Positions 43,917-55,172 of a stretch of DNA of 64,000 bases are shown here, one piece after another. The stretch's first letter is position 1, and each line of letters opens with the position of its first letter. Source of the DNA: Halolamina sp. (lineage in GTDB: Archaea; Halobacteriota; Halobacteria; Halobacteriales; Haloferacaceae); contig JBDGTQ010000019.1 in assembly GCA_042216705.1 (NCBI GenBank), forward strand, positions 3,554 through 67,553, written 5' to 3'. Under the pieces are notes generated by a model. It did no database searches and had not been told where the DNA came from. It was given only the letters and a program-made list of their open reading frames with translations. Both the position numbers and the translations under genes were made by a program.

Positions 43917-44545
43917 GATTCGGTTGTCTGAATGACTCGTTTGAGGAACGATTCGACGCGGTCGTAGTCGGCATCGACCAACCCGTCGGGCGGGTACAAC
44001 CACAGCATCTCGGCGGTCAACCTGTCGAGGACGCCGGCGAACGTCGCGAACGCCTCGGCGATGTCGCCGAACGTCGCCGGGAGATGCTCCCCGGCGACGA
44101 GGTCGAGTCGCCGTCGGAGGCGCCGGCACTCCCCTGCGAGCTCGCGGAGCCGCTCGCTCGTCCACGGGAGCACGACGTACCAGTTCGCGGTCGTCGGGCC
44201 GTCCCGGCGGAGGGGCACGATCAACGACCCCGTCGGACGGTCACAGCGGTCGTCCTGACACGCGCGGTCAACCGCCTCTGCGACGGCGTCGGTCGGGGCG
44301 CGGTCGTCGTACCGCGCGTCGAGGATCTGCCTCACCGCGAGGTCGGCCGCGTCGGTCGGCTGTGACTCCAGTCGCGGCGGCGGGCCGATGCCGGCCGTCA
44401 GCGTTCCCAACTCCCACAGCACGTCCGTGAGGCGCTGGGCTCGCTTCCACGCCGCATCCTGGTCGCCCAGCCGGCGCCGCTCGTGAAGCACGCTCAGTTC
44501 CTCCCGGAGGACACGAACCCTGTCGGTCCACGAAGCGGCGTACAT
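43913..44545 (-). CDS. hypothetical protein (210 aa)
   Basis: ATG start. Its stop overlaps the AAA ATPase start (ATGA). Normal composition, no recognisable motif. Confidence 0.65.
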   Translation of the reverse strand: MYAASWTDRVRVLREELSVLHERRRLGDQDAAWKRAQRLTDVLWELGTLTAGIGPPPRLESQPTDAADLAVRQILDARYDDRAPTDAVAEAVDRACQDDRCDRPTGSLIVPLRRDGPTTANWYVVLPWTSERLRELAGECRRLRRRLDLVAGEHLPATFGDIAEAFATFAGVLDRLTAEMLWLYPPDGLVDADYDRVESFLKRVIQTTES

Positions 44546-44556
44546 AGTCGTCGAGC

Positions 44557-45573
44557 TCAGTTGGTCTGGCTCTGTGCGAGGTCGGGGCCTTCTATCTGTT
44601 CGGCCTGCTCGCTGAGCTCATCGATCTGGTCGCCGCCGACGCCGATGTCGTCCAAGAACCCGCCGAGGGACTCCTCTTTCATCCGATCGGCGGGGGCCAT
44701 CGTGTCGCTCATCGCCGAGAGGAAGCTCGAGTACTGCTCCGAGAGGTCGACGAGGTCTTCCGGGAAGATGGCCTCGCCGAGCGCGAGTTCGCGGAACTCC
44801 TCGCGGCGCTTTTTCATCTCCGCTCGCATCCTCTCGAACCGCTCCATCACGAACCCGAGTTCCTCAGCGTTGTCCGCCACTTCGGTGACGTCGACACCCT
44901 CGGCCTCCTCCATCGACTCGTGGAAGTGATACTGCTTGCGCAGGTTCTGAACGCGCTGACGTTCCTGGTCGCTGAGCTCGTTCGGCGACCGGTTGCCGAC
45001 GATGCGGTCGATCTCCTGGCGAATCTCGTCCATCCGCTGTGCGGAGTCGACGTCGGTGGTGGCCGCCTCGGTCTCGCGTTCGCGCTGCTCGAAGCGGTTT
45101 TTCGCCTGCTCGACCCGGTCGCGGGCGACGTCGATGCGTTCGATGCAGGTGTCGAACATCGCCGCCCAGTTGTTGTACATCCTAGTGTAGCCGCTCTCTT
45201 TGATGTTCTTGAAATCCTTCAGGACGGTCACCCGGTCGTCCTCGGTCTCGATGATGTCCTGCTCGTGGAGGTAGTCGATGACGGCCTCGGCCTGGTAGCC
45301 GGTGGAGGCGAACTCGTCGTCGGCCTCGACCAGCGCCGACTGGGCCTCTTGACGGCCGATGACGGCCTCGCCGTCGTCGTTGATGTCGAGGGCCTCCCCA
45401 AGCTCGTAGTCCATCAGGTCGCTGATGAGCTCCTCCCAGTTGCCCTCCTCCTCTTTGTCCTCGTTGCGTTCGGCGATGGACGCCTCGAACCGGACCGGTT
45501 CGTCGTTCTGGCTCCGCGGGTACGCGGTAACTGTGCCGTCGTCGTTCGGCTGGAAGTCGGTGAACGTTCGCAT
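44557..45573 (-). CDS. hypothetical coiled-coil protein (338 aa) with acidic tail
   Basis: ATG start 3 nt after the upstream gene's stop. Central heptad-like Arg/Glu/Gln-rich helices (ERIDVARDRVEQAKNRFEQRERETE..., RMRAEMKKRREEFRELA). Acidic C-terminal DDIGVGGDQIDELSEQAEQIEG. Visibly more A/T-containing codons than neighbouring genes. Confidence 0.8.
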   Translation of the reverse strand: MRTFTDFQPNDDGTVTAYPRSQNDEPVRFEASIAERNEDKEEEGNWEELISDLMDYELGEALDINDDGEAVIGRQEAQSALVEADDEFASTGYQAEAVIDYLHEQDIIETEDDRVTVLKDFKNIKESGYTRMYNNWAAMFDTCIERIDVARDRVEQAKNRFEQRERETEAATTDVDSAQRMDEIRQEIDRIVGNRSPNELSDQERQRVQNLRKQYHFHESMEEAEGVDVTEVADNAEELGFVMERFERMRAEMKKRREEFRELALGEAIFPEDLVDLSEQYSSFLSAMSDTMAPADRMKEESLGGFLDDIGVGGDQIDELSEQAEQIEGPDLAQSQTN

Positions 45574-45575
45574 TG

Positions 45576-46700
45576 TTAGAAGTTCTCCTGGATCAGCTCT
45601 TCTGCCCGGTCCCGAACGCGGTCGCGGGCGTATCCGTTGCCCGCTTCCGTCGTCGCGAGCCTGAGGTCCTCGATGTCGGATTCGATCTCCTCGAGCATGC
45701 TCGACGGGGTGTTCGCCGTCGTGTCCGCGAGCACCGGTCGCGTCAGCTCCTCGGCCTGTGCCTCTATCTGCTCGTCGAAGGGGTCGCGATGCACCGCGAG
45801 ATCGGTGCGTTCCAGCGTCTCGATCTGTGGGGCGTCCTTGCTCGCGAACTCCTCGCGGACGGCCGAGAGAACGTCACTCTCGGAGGTGTCGCCGCGGGTC
45901 GACCGCGCCGCCGACAACACGGGCGTTCGGGCCTCGATTTCGTCGCTCAGCAGCGACTCGTACTCCCGTTCGGGGAGCAGGTAGCCGGCGTCGTCGAACG
46001 CCGCCACGATGTCGTCCTCGATCTCCGAGGCGATGTGGCGAGCGAACTCCGACAGCGCGGCCCGAACGAGGTACTCGCCGTCCATGTCGACGATGTACCC
46101 CTCGCTCTGGAGATATGAGATGACGTCCGAGGTGGCAGCGACCGAGATGGCGTCTTCCAGCTGGTCATGTGAAATCTTGCCGTGAATGCTGCGTCGGCGA
46201 AGCTTGTCGTCGAGGTCCCCGCCGCCCAGATGCTCCCGGAGCTTCTTTCCGACGATGTAGTACTCGCGGTTCCCCGCCGAGATGCGCTCGACGAGTTCTC
46301 GGCCGCGAAGCTCGCTCGCGAAGAAGCCGGCGTCGTCGTGGGAGATGTTGAACGCCTCTCGTAAGTCCTCGGTCGTGACCACGATGCGGTCTCTGAACAC
46401 GTCCTCCAGCTTCTCCTTGATGCCGGCTTCCCCTCGACCGAAGGGGTCGCGGTAGTAGACGCCCGACCGGATGCGCTCGAAGGCGAAGGTCTCGTCTTCG
46501 GCGATCGACTGCAGTGCCTCCTTCAGCTGCGACGTCGACGGCGAACTCGCCTTCAGGACGCTCTTTTCCTGGGCCTCGTAGCGGTCCCGGAGCCGGTCGC
46601 GCTCGGCGTCGACGTACACGAACCCGAAGCTGTCCTGTGCGATCGTCCTGGCGACGTCCGCCAGGGCGTCGCGGTCGACTGGACGAAGAGGCATGTCCAT
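45576..46700 (-). CDS. hypothetical protein (374 aa), possibly containing winged-helix-like segments
   Basis: Internal ATG (MDMPLRPVDRD...) of track ORF 45576..46826. TATA-like 'aagtttagtatt' (minus strand, 46716-46727) about 20 nt upstream. First gene of the minus-strand operon. Confidence 0.75.
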   Translation of the reverse strand: MDMPLRPVDRDALADVARTIAQDSFGFVYVDAERDRLRDRYEAQEKSVLKASSPSTSQLKEALQSIAEDETFAFERIRSGVYYRDPFGRGEAGIKEKLEDVFRDRIVVTTEDLREAFNISHDDAGFFASELRGRELVERISAGNREYYIVGKKLREHLGGGDLDDKLRRRSIHGKISHDQLEDAISVAATSDVISYLQSEGYIVDMDGEYLVRAALSEFARHIASEIEDDIVAAFDDAGYLLPEREYESLLSDEIEARTPVLSAARSTRGDTSESDVLSAVREEFASKDAPQIETLERTDLAVHRDPFDEQIEAQAEELTRPVLADTTANTPSSMLEEIESDIEDLRLATTEAGNGYARDRVRDRAEELIQENF

Positions 46701-46861
46701 CAAACGACGCGTCGGAATACTAAACTTTGCCCCTCTTTCACAACCGCGCCGGGGAAAGAGCGAACTCGTCCCGAGCGAATCGACGCCTGCCCTTCCCTCG
46801 GCCGCCGACCGCCCGAGCGCCATCACCCTTTAACGACCGCGACGGCTACGAGACACTTGTA
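46701..46861. promoter_or_regulatory. divergent promoter region (minus-strand AAA operon / amidohydrolase)
   Basis: 161-nt non-coding gap with TATA-like elements on both strands: aatactaaactt at 46716-46727 and ccctttaacga about 22 nt before ATG 46862. Confidence 0.4.
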
Positions 46862-48229
46862 ATGCTTCTTCAGGGCACCGTCGTCGTCGACGAGGAGACC
46901 GTCCGCCACGACGGCGCGGTCGTCGTCGACGGCGACCGCATCGCGGCCGTCGGCGACGCGACGACGCTGCGTGAGCGCTACCCCGACCGCGAGCGCCTCT
47001 CGTTCGACGTGATCGCACCGGGACTGGTCGGCGCACACGTCCACTCGGTACAGTCGCTCGGCCGCGGCGTCGCCGACGATGTGTCGTTGCTCTCGTGGCT
47101 GTACGACGCCGTCCTCCCGATGGAAGCCGAACTCGACGCCGAGGGCGTCCGGGTCGCGGCCGCGCTGGGCTACCTCGAACTGCTGGCGTCGGGCACCACC
47201 ACCGTCGTCGACCACCTGACGGTCCACCACGCCGAGGAGGCGTTCGCGGCCGCCGGCGACCTCGGGATTCGCGGCGTGCTCGGAAAGGTGCTGATGGACC
47301 AAGAGTCGCCGGCGGGGTTGGAGGAAGACACCGACGCGGCGCTGGCCGAGAGCCGCCGGCTCGTCGACCGCTTCCACCGGAGCCACGACGACCGCCTGCG
47401 GTACGCGGTCACGCCGCGGTTCGACGTGACCTGCTCGGAGGCGTGTCTGCGCGGTGCCCGAGACGTCGCCGACGCCCACGACGACGTTCGCATCCACACG
47501 CACGCGGCCGAGCGGCCACCCAAGGGGGTCGACCCAGCCGACGGGGACCGCGTCGACGCCGAGGACGCCCCCGAAACGGACACCGAGACCGGCGGAGTTC
47601 GCTGGCTCCACGAGGTCGGACTCACCGGCGAGGACGTGGTGCTGGCTCACTGCGTGCACACCACCGAGGCCGAGCGCGAACTCCTCGTCGAGACGGGCAC
47701 GAACGTCTGTCACTGCCCGTCGGCGAACATGAAGATCGGCTCCGGGGTCGCGCCGGTTGCCGAGTACCGCGACCGCGGCATCACGGTGGCCCTCGGCAAC
47801 GACGGCCCGCCGTGTAACAACGCTCTCGACGAGTTCACCGAACTCCGGCAGGCGGCGCTACTGCAGTCGGTAGCCGCCCGCGACCCGACGGCGCTGTCGG
47901 CCGCGGCCGCCTTCGAGATGGCGACCACCGAGGGGGCGACCGCCGCCGGGTTCGACCGCCTCGGGGAGCTGCGGGAGGGATGGCGCGCCGACGTCGTCGG
48001 TCTCGACGCCGACCACGCTCGCGCGACGCCGCTGCACGACGTCGTCTCACACCTCGTCTACGCCGCTCACGGCGACGACGTGCGGTTCACGATGGTCGGC
48101 GGCGACGTCGTTTACCGCGACGGCGACCTGGTCGCCGCCGACCGAACCGCCGCGGAGATACGCGAGCGGGCCGCCGAGTACGCCGCCGGCCTCGACGCGC
48201 TCCCGGACCGCCCGCACGCTAACGGTTAA
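46862..48229 (+). CDS. amidohydrolase (MtaD/SsnA/chlorohydrolase-type nucleoside or aminohydrolase deaminase)
   Basis: Internal ATG (MLLQGTVVVDE...). PGLVGAHVHSVQS (HxH), HTHAAE, VLAHCVH, ALGNDG metal-ligand pattern of the amidohydrolase superfamily. Confidence 0.85.
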   Translation: MLLQGTVVVDEETVRHDGAVVVDGDRIAAVGDATTLRERYPDRERLSFDVIAPGLVGAHVHSVQSLGRGVADDVSLLSWLYDAVLPMEAELDAEGVRVAAALGYLELLASGTTTVVDHLTVHHAEEAFAAAGDLGIRGVLGKVLMDQESPAGLEEDTDAALAESRRLVDRFHRSHDDRLRYAVTPRFDVTCSEACLRGARDVADAHDDVRIHTHAAERPPKGVDPADGDRVDAEDAPETDTETGGVRWLHEVGLTGEDVVLAHCVHTTEAERELLVETGTNVCHCPSANMKIGSGVAPVAEYRDRGITVALGNDGPPCNNALDEFTELRQAALLQSVAARDPTALSAAAAFEMATTEGATAAGFDRLGELREGWRADVVGLDADHARATPLHDVVSHLVYAAHGDDVRFTMVGGDVVYRDGDLVAADRTAAEIRERAAEYAAGLDALPDRPHANG

Positions 48230-48438
48230 ACGGGGCACCCGTGAGCGCCGACGAGAGGACGCAACCCCCCAAGCCGCGACCCCTCGCCGGGACGGGTGGT
48301 GCGATTTATTTCGGTGGCCCGCGGAGGAGAGGACGATGAGTCGAGACGGCGACGCGAGGGGAGGGTCGGGAAAGCGGCGAGGGGCGTCATCGCCGCGGAG
48401 CGACGCGCGTCCGCCCGGTCGGAGGCGACGAGACTGAG

Positions 48439-48627
48439 ATGTTCGCGTTCCTGCCAGAGCGACTGCGGTCGGCGTATCTCTGGCTCGCCTTCTTTGCGGT
48501 CCCCGGCGCAGGGTTCGTGCTCTCCGGGGTCCCGGGCGCCGACCCGGCGGCGAAGTCGGTCCTCGCGGTCGTGGTCGTTCACCACTCGCTATTCCTCCTG
48601 TACGCGGTCCTCTCGGGGGTGCGATAG
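48439..48627 (+). CDS. possible small membrane protein (62 aa)
   Basis: ATG start, two hydrophobic segments (YLWLAFFAVPGAGFVLSGV, VLAVVVVHHSLFLLYAVL). No other support. Confidence 0.35.
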   Translation: MFAFLPERLRSAYLWLAFFAVPGAGFVLSGVPGADPAAKSVLAVVVVHHSLFLLYAVLSGVR

Positions 48628-48632
48628 CCGGC

Positions 48633-49175
48633 TCAGTCGGCGGTGTGGCCCTCGGCGAGTGCCTCGCGGGCCTTCTCGATCTTCGGCTCGGCGTGGAACT
48701 GACAGTAGCGGTCGTTGGGATTCTTTTCGTAGTAGTCCTGGTGTTTCTCCTCGGCGACGTAGAACTTCTCCAGCGGTTCGACCTCCGTGACGATGGGGTC
48801 GTCGTAGGCGCCCTCGGCCTCCAGGCGGTCGACGAACGCCTCGGCCCGGTCGCGCTGGTCGTCGTCGTGGTAGAAGATGGCCGGACGGTACTGCGAGCCG
48901 ACGTCCGGACCCTGTTTGTTGGCGCTCGTCGGGTCGTGGATGCGGAAGAACACCGCCAGCAGGTCGACGTAGCTCACGACCTCGGGGTCGTATTCGAGCT
49001 GGACGACCTCGGCGTGGCCGGTGGTGCCCGAACAGACCTCCCGGTAGCTGGGCTGGTCGACGTGGCCGCCCGCGTAGCCGCTGGTCGCCGATTCGACGCC
49101 GTCGACCTCCTTGAACGCCGCCTCGATGCACCAGAAACAGCCCCCGCCGAGCGTCGCGGTCCGTGTCATGAACAT
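48633..49175 (-). CDS. msrA: peptide-methionine (S)-S-oxide reductase
   Basis: Internal ATG (MFMTRTATLGGGCFWCIEAAF...; alternative ATG at 49169). GCFWC active site, GHAEVVQLEYDP, QGPDVGSQYR. Confidence 0.9.
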   Translation of the reverse strand: MFMTRTATLGGGCFWCIEAAFKEVDGVESATSGYAGGHVDQPSYREVCSGTTGHAEVVQLEYDPEVVSYVDLLAVFFRIHDPTSANKQGPDVGSQYRPAIFYHDDDQRDRAEAFVDRLEAEGAYDDPIVTEVEPLEKFYVAEEKHQDYYEKNPNDRYCQFHAEPKIEKAREALAEGHTAD

Positions 49176-49329
49176 TGATTGGCGTCCCAGCCGCTTGGAG
49201 GTTCCGCCGTCGGCAGCTTGGAAAGCCCTCGGGCACGCAGCCGGCGGCCGGTCCGCCACCGCGCGTGCGCCGAGCGATCGTCGACTTCCCCCACCGAACC
49301 CCGCTCCGTCGTTGTCGCCGGCGATCGCG

Positions 49330-49487
49330 AACGCAGGCCGATATAAGGGTATATAATCACACGCCGATTCCTGGTACCCGACGCAGTGGTGCGATTTTCT
49401 CATCCTTTATTATCGTTCATCGCAATTGTCGACGCGAGGCGGTCTGTCACAGGGGAACCCTTTTATGTGAGTTCTCACCATCGACAG
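49330..49487. promoter_or_regulatory. AT-rich intergenic promoter region upstream of leuA/cimA
   Basis: atataagggtatataat (49341-49357) and cttttatg (49460-49467, about 24 nt before ATG 49488) in an otherwise GC-rich genome. Confidence 0.4.
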
Positions 49488-50729
<1,242 letters not shown>

Positions 50730-50843
50730 CGATGCTGGGGCCGACGACCGCTACCGACCAGCGACGGCTCAGCGGGCCCCGACCGTCAGGCTCGTGCCGA
50801 ACGCCCCAGCCCGTCTGTCGCAACGGTTGCACGACCACCAAGG

Positions 50844-50973
50844 TCTATATGCGTTGCCGCGGTAGCAGTGCCCATGCAGTCGACCGACGACGTGACGGCG
50901 CCCGCCTCGCGCGGCACGTCAGCCGTCGGTGTCGGGCGGTCGCTCGGTATCGTAGGGGCCGCATAGCCCCTAC
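50844..50973 (+). promoter_or_regulatory. candidate ilv-leu leader: TATA-like box, 30-codon leaderless uORF (50874-50966) and 8-bp hairpin (50952-50973)
   Basis: tctatat at 50844-50850. ATG at 50874, about 27 nt downstream, encodes MQSTDDVTAPASRGTSAVGVGRSLGIVGAA*. Hairpin gtaggggc-cgcata-gcccctac contains the uORF stop. Located in the 376-nt gap before ilvB. Confidence 0.3.
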
Positions 50974-51105
50974 ACCACCTCGTTCTCGTTGCGGTTTCGC
51001 ACAGCCTTCGACGACCACCGACCGGCCCGTGTCGCGTCCGCGCCACGGAACTGACCCCACACCGAATGACCGACCGACCACCGACACGACGCGGAGGACC
51101 GACCG

Positions 51106-52926
51106 ATGAGTGAACGCGCGACGACCGCCGCCACGGAGGCGGCCGAGGCCGAAACTGACGCTGACGCCGACACCGACGCCGCGGCGGAAGCGAGCGGCGA
51201 GACGTCGTCGACGGCGACGGCGGGCGACCCCGACTCGGGGGCCGCGGCCGCGGTGGCCGCTTTGGAGGCGGCCGGCGCCGATACCGCCTTCGGCGTCCAG
51301 GGCGGGGCCATCATGCCCGTCTACGACGAACTGGGCGCCTCGGACGTGCGCCATTACACGATGGCCCACGAGCAGGGCGCCGCCCACGCGGCCGACGCCT
51401 ACGGCGTCGTCGCCGGCGAGCCGGGCGTCTGCCTGGCGACCTCCGGCCCCGGGGCGACGAACCTCGTGACCGGTATCGCCGACGCCAACATGGACTCCGA
51501 CGCGGTGGTGGCGCTAACCGGCCAGGTGCCGACCGACATGGTCGGCTCCGACGCCTTCCAGGAGACCGACACCACCGGCGTCACCGACCCCATCACGAAG
51601 TACAACTACTTCGCCGAGTCGCCGGCCGAGGCGGGCGACGCCGTCGGCGAGGCGTACGCCCTCGCCGGCGAGGGTCGCCCCGGCCCGACGCTGGTCGACC
51701 TACCGAAGGACGCGACGATGGGCGAGCCGGCGCGACCGACCGCGCCGCCGGAGACCCCCGACAGCGCGAAGCCGCCGACCGACCCCGACCCCGAGTCGGT
51801 CGCCGCGGCCGCCCGAGCGGTCGAGCGCGCCGAGAAGCCGCTGCTGCTGTTCGGCGGCGGCGTCGTCAAGGGCGAGGCCACCGCGGAGGCGCGGGCGTTC
51901 GCCACCGACCACGGCATCCCCGTGGTGACGACCATGCCCGCCATCGGGACGATGCCCGAGGACCACGACCTCTGCCTGTCGTGGGCGGGGATGCACGGCA
52001 CCGGCTACGCCAACATGGCCATCACCCACACCGACTGCCTCATCGCGGTCGGCACCCGGTTCGACGACCGCCTGACCGGCGGCGTCGAGGACTTCGCGCC
52101 CGCGGCCGAGGTCGTCCACGTCGACATCGACCCCGCGGAGATCTCGAAGAACGTCTACGCCGACTACCCAGTCGTCGGCGACGCCGCGACCGCCGTCGAG
52201 ACCATCGACGCCGAGATGGCCGCCTCGCCGGACGCCCGCGAGTGGCGCGAGCAGTGTCGGCAGTGGCGCGAGGAGTATCCGCTGACCTACGCCGCCCCCG
52301 AGGACGAGCCGCTGAAGCCGCAGTTCGTCGTCGAGGCGTTCGACGCCGCGACGCCCGAGGAAACCGTCGTGACCACCGGCGTCGGCCAGCACCAGATGTG
52401 GGCCGCCCAGTACTGGACGTACGCCGAGGCCCGAACCTGGGTCTCCAGTCACGGCCTGGGGACGATGGGGTACGGGCTGCCCGCCGCCATCGGCGCGCGA
52501 GCGGCGCTGGACGAGCGCGGCGACGAGGACACGCCGGTCGTCTGCTTCGACGGCGACGGCTCGTTCCTCATGACGATACAGGAGCTGGCGGTCGCCGTCC
52601 GCGAGAACATGGACGTCACCGTCGCCGTCCTGAACAACGAGTACGTCGGGATGGTCCGCCAGTGGCAGGACGCCTTCTTCGAGGGGCGCCACACCGCCGC
52701 GGAGTACGGCTGGTGTCCGGAGTTCGACACGCTGGCCGAGGCCTTCGGCGCCCGCGGCTGGGCCGTCGAGGAGTACGACGAGGTCGCCGACACCGTCCAG
52801 GCGGCCCTCGACTACGACGGCCCCTCCGTCGTCGACTTCCGCATCGACCCCGAGGAGAACGTTTACCCGATGGTCGCAAGCGGCGGCGCCAACGGGGAGT
52901 TCGCGCTGTCGGAGGACCACCTGTGA
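51106..52926 (+). CDS. ilvB: acetolactate synthase large (catalytic) subunit
   Basis: 606 aa. About 50-aa acidic N-terminal extension, then [13 protein letters not shown], ThDP motif [15 protein letters not shown]...DGDGSFLM...NN. Confidence 0.9.
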   Translation: MSERATTAATEAAEAETDADADTDAAAEASGETSSTATAGDPDSGAAAAVAALEAAGADTAFGVQGGAIMPVYDELGASDVRHYTMAHEQGAAHAADAYGVVAGEPGVCLATSGPGATNLVTGIADANMDSDAVVALTGQVPTDMVGSDAFQETDTTGVTDPITKYNYFAESPAEAGDAVGEAYALAGEGRPGPTLVDLPKDATMGEPARPTAPPETPDSAKPPTDPDPESVAAAARAVERAEKPLLLFGGGVVKGEATAEARAFATDHGIPVVTTMPAIGTMPEDHDLCLSWAGMHGTGYANMAITHTDCLIAVGTRFDDRLTGGVEDFAPAAEVVHVDIDPAEISKNVYADYPVVGDAATAVETIDAEMAASPDAREWREQCRQWREEYPLTYAAPEDEPLKPQFVVEAFDAATPEETVVTTGVGQHQMWAAQYWTYAEARTWVSSHGLGTMGYGLPAAIGARAALDERGDEDTPVVCFDGDGSFLMTIQELAVAVRENMDVTVAVLNNEYVGMVRQWQDAFFEGRHTAAEYGWCPEFDTLAEAFGARGWAVEEYDEVADTVQAALDYDGPSVVDFRIDPEENVYPMVASGGANGEFALSEDHL

Positions 52927-53045
52927 GCGACCGCGAGTCCGACTCCCCGCGAGACGACGGGCCGGCCGGCGCGGAGATTCCCGCCGGCCCCGCCGACAGC
53001 GAGTACGCCGAGGTCGAACCCGACTCGGTGCCGCCCGAGCAGGGG

Positions 53046-53762
53046 ATGCCTGGCCCGGCACCCGAGGAGCGTCCCCAGCCGAGCGGTCGGCGCACTCCCG
53101 AGGGCGTCCGGGTCGACCCGGAGGCCGCGGTCAGCGCCGAGGCGCGCACCGCGACGCTGTCGGTGCTGGTCGACCACGAGCCCGGCGTGCTCTCGGCCGT
53201 CTCGGGGCTGTTCTCCCGCCGACGGTTCAACATCGAGAGCCTCACCGTCGGACCGACCGCCGACCCGGACCACGCCCGCATCACCGTCGTCATCGAGGAG
53301 CCCGAGCCGGGCATCGAGCAGGCGAAGAAACAGCTCGCCAAGCTGGTGCCGGTGGTCACCGTCGCCGAACTCGACGACGAGGCCACCCGCCGGGAGCTGG
53401 CGCTGGTGAAAGTCGACGCCGGTCGCCCGGACGAGGTCGCGGCCGTCGCCGACATGTACGACGCGGAGGCCGTCGACGCCTCGCCGGAGGCCATCACCCT
53501 GGAGGTGACCGGTCGCCGGCGCAGCGTCGAGGCCGCCATCGCCGCCTTCGAGCGCTTCGGCGTGCGCGAGGTCAAGCGCACCGGCACGGCCGCCCTCGCC
53601 GGTGGCGCCGCCCCGACCACCCCCGACCACGTCCCGCAGGCGCCGGCGACCGACGGCGGACGAGCGCCCACCGACCGCCGCGACGACGCCGACCCGCCGG
53701 CGGACGCATCGACCGACCGACCGACGACCGACTCCGACTCCGAATTCGAATCCGACTCTTGA
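53046..53762 (+). CDS. ilvN: acetolactate synthase small (regulatory) subunit
   Basis: ATG at 53046 ([12 protein letters not shown]...). An alternative GTG at 52923 overlaps the ilvB stop (GTGA) and would add 41 acidic aa. ACT domain [34 protein letters not shown]. About 60-aa low-complexity C-terminal tail. Confidence 0.85.
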   Translation: MPGPAPEERPQPSGRRTPEGVRVDPEAAVSAEARTATLSVLVDHEPGVLSAVSGLFSRRRFNIESLTVGPTADPDHARITVVIEEPEPGIEQAKKQLAKLVPVVTVAELDDEATRRELALVKVDAGRPDEVAAVADMYDAEAVDASPEAITLEVTGRRRSVEAAIAAFERFGVREVKRTGTAALAGGAAPTTPDHVPQAPATDGGRAPTDRRDDADPPADASTDRPTTDSDSEFESDS

Positions 53763-53767
53763 CAGCT

Positions 53768-54812
<1,045 letters not shown>

Positions 54813-54820
<8 letters not shown>

Positions 54821-55172
54821 CGTACGCACGCGACGAAACCGCTCCCACTCTCGACGCGACGACCGAGCCGAGGAACCGAGCCGCCCGCGACCGACGATGG
54901 GCGACCTGAGCCACGTGAACCCGCGGACGCGGGAGACGTTCGGCGCCGCCTTCCAGCGCGGTCCGGCGGTCGCCGACGGCGGGGAACGACGGCGCACCGA
55001 CGCTGACGACGCGGCCGACGCCGGTGCTGACGACTCGACAGCCAACGCTGACGACGACACCGACACCGACACCGAGGAGCGGCACGCCCGCGAGACGATG
55101 CGCGACCTGAAACACACGCCGCCGTACGGCGAGTCGGTCGCCGAGGTGTGGGAACGGGGCGTCGACGGATGA
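54813..55172 (+). CDS. hypothetical charged or disordered small protein embedded in the ilv-leu operon
   Basis: 119 aa. Its ATG overlaps the ilvC end and its stop overlaps the leuC ATG (ATGA). Only the C-terminal [21 protein letters not shown] looks non-low-complexity. Confidence 0.5.

Noticed and set aside
21937-46700. Interpretation of the tubulin-like region as an integrated provirus or plasmid with a TubZ-type partition system
   Set aside because: No integrase, recombinase, replication, capsid or terminase-like ORFs, no flanking tRNA or direct repeats, and no centromere-like iterons seen. It is flanked by ordinary chromosomal genes. Three tubulin-like genes plus envelope proteins do not fit a TubZRC module.
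48296-48790. 164-aa plus-strand ORF and a 33-codon ORF (48336-48437) after a TATA-like 'gatttattt'
   Set aside because: Basic Arg/Ser-rich translation that overlaps msrA on the other strand. Only the 62-aa hydrophobic ORF 48439..48627 was kept, at low confidence.
50732-51109. 125-aa ORF filling the leuA-ilvB gap
   Set aside because: Arg/Thr/Pro-rich basic translation atypical for this acidic proteome. The region is better explained as a non-coding leader (see the finding).
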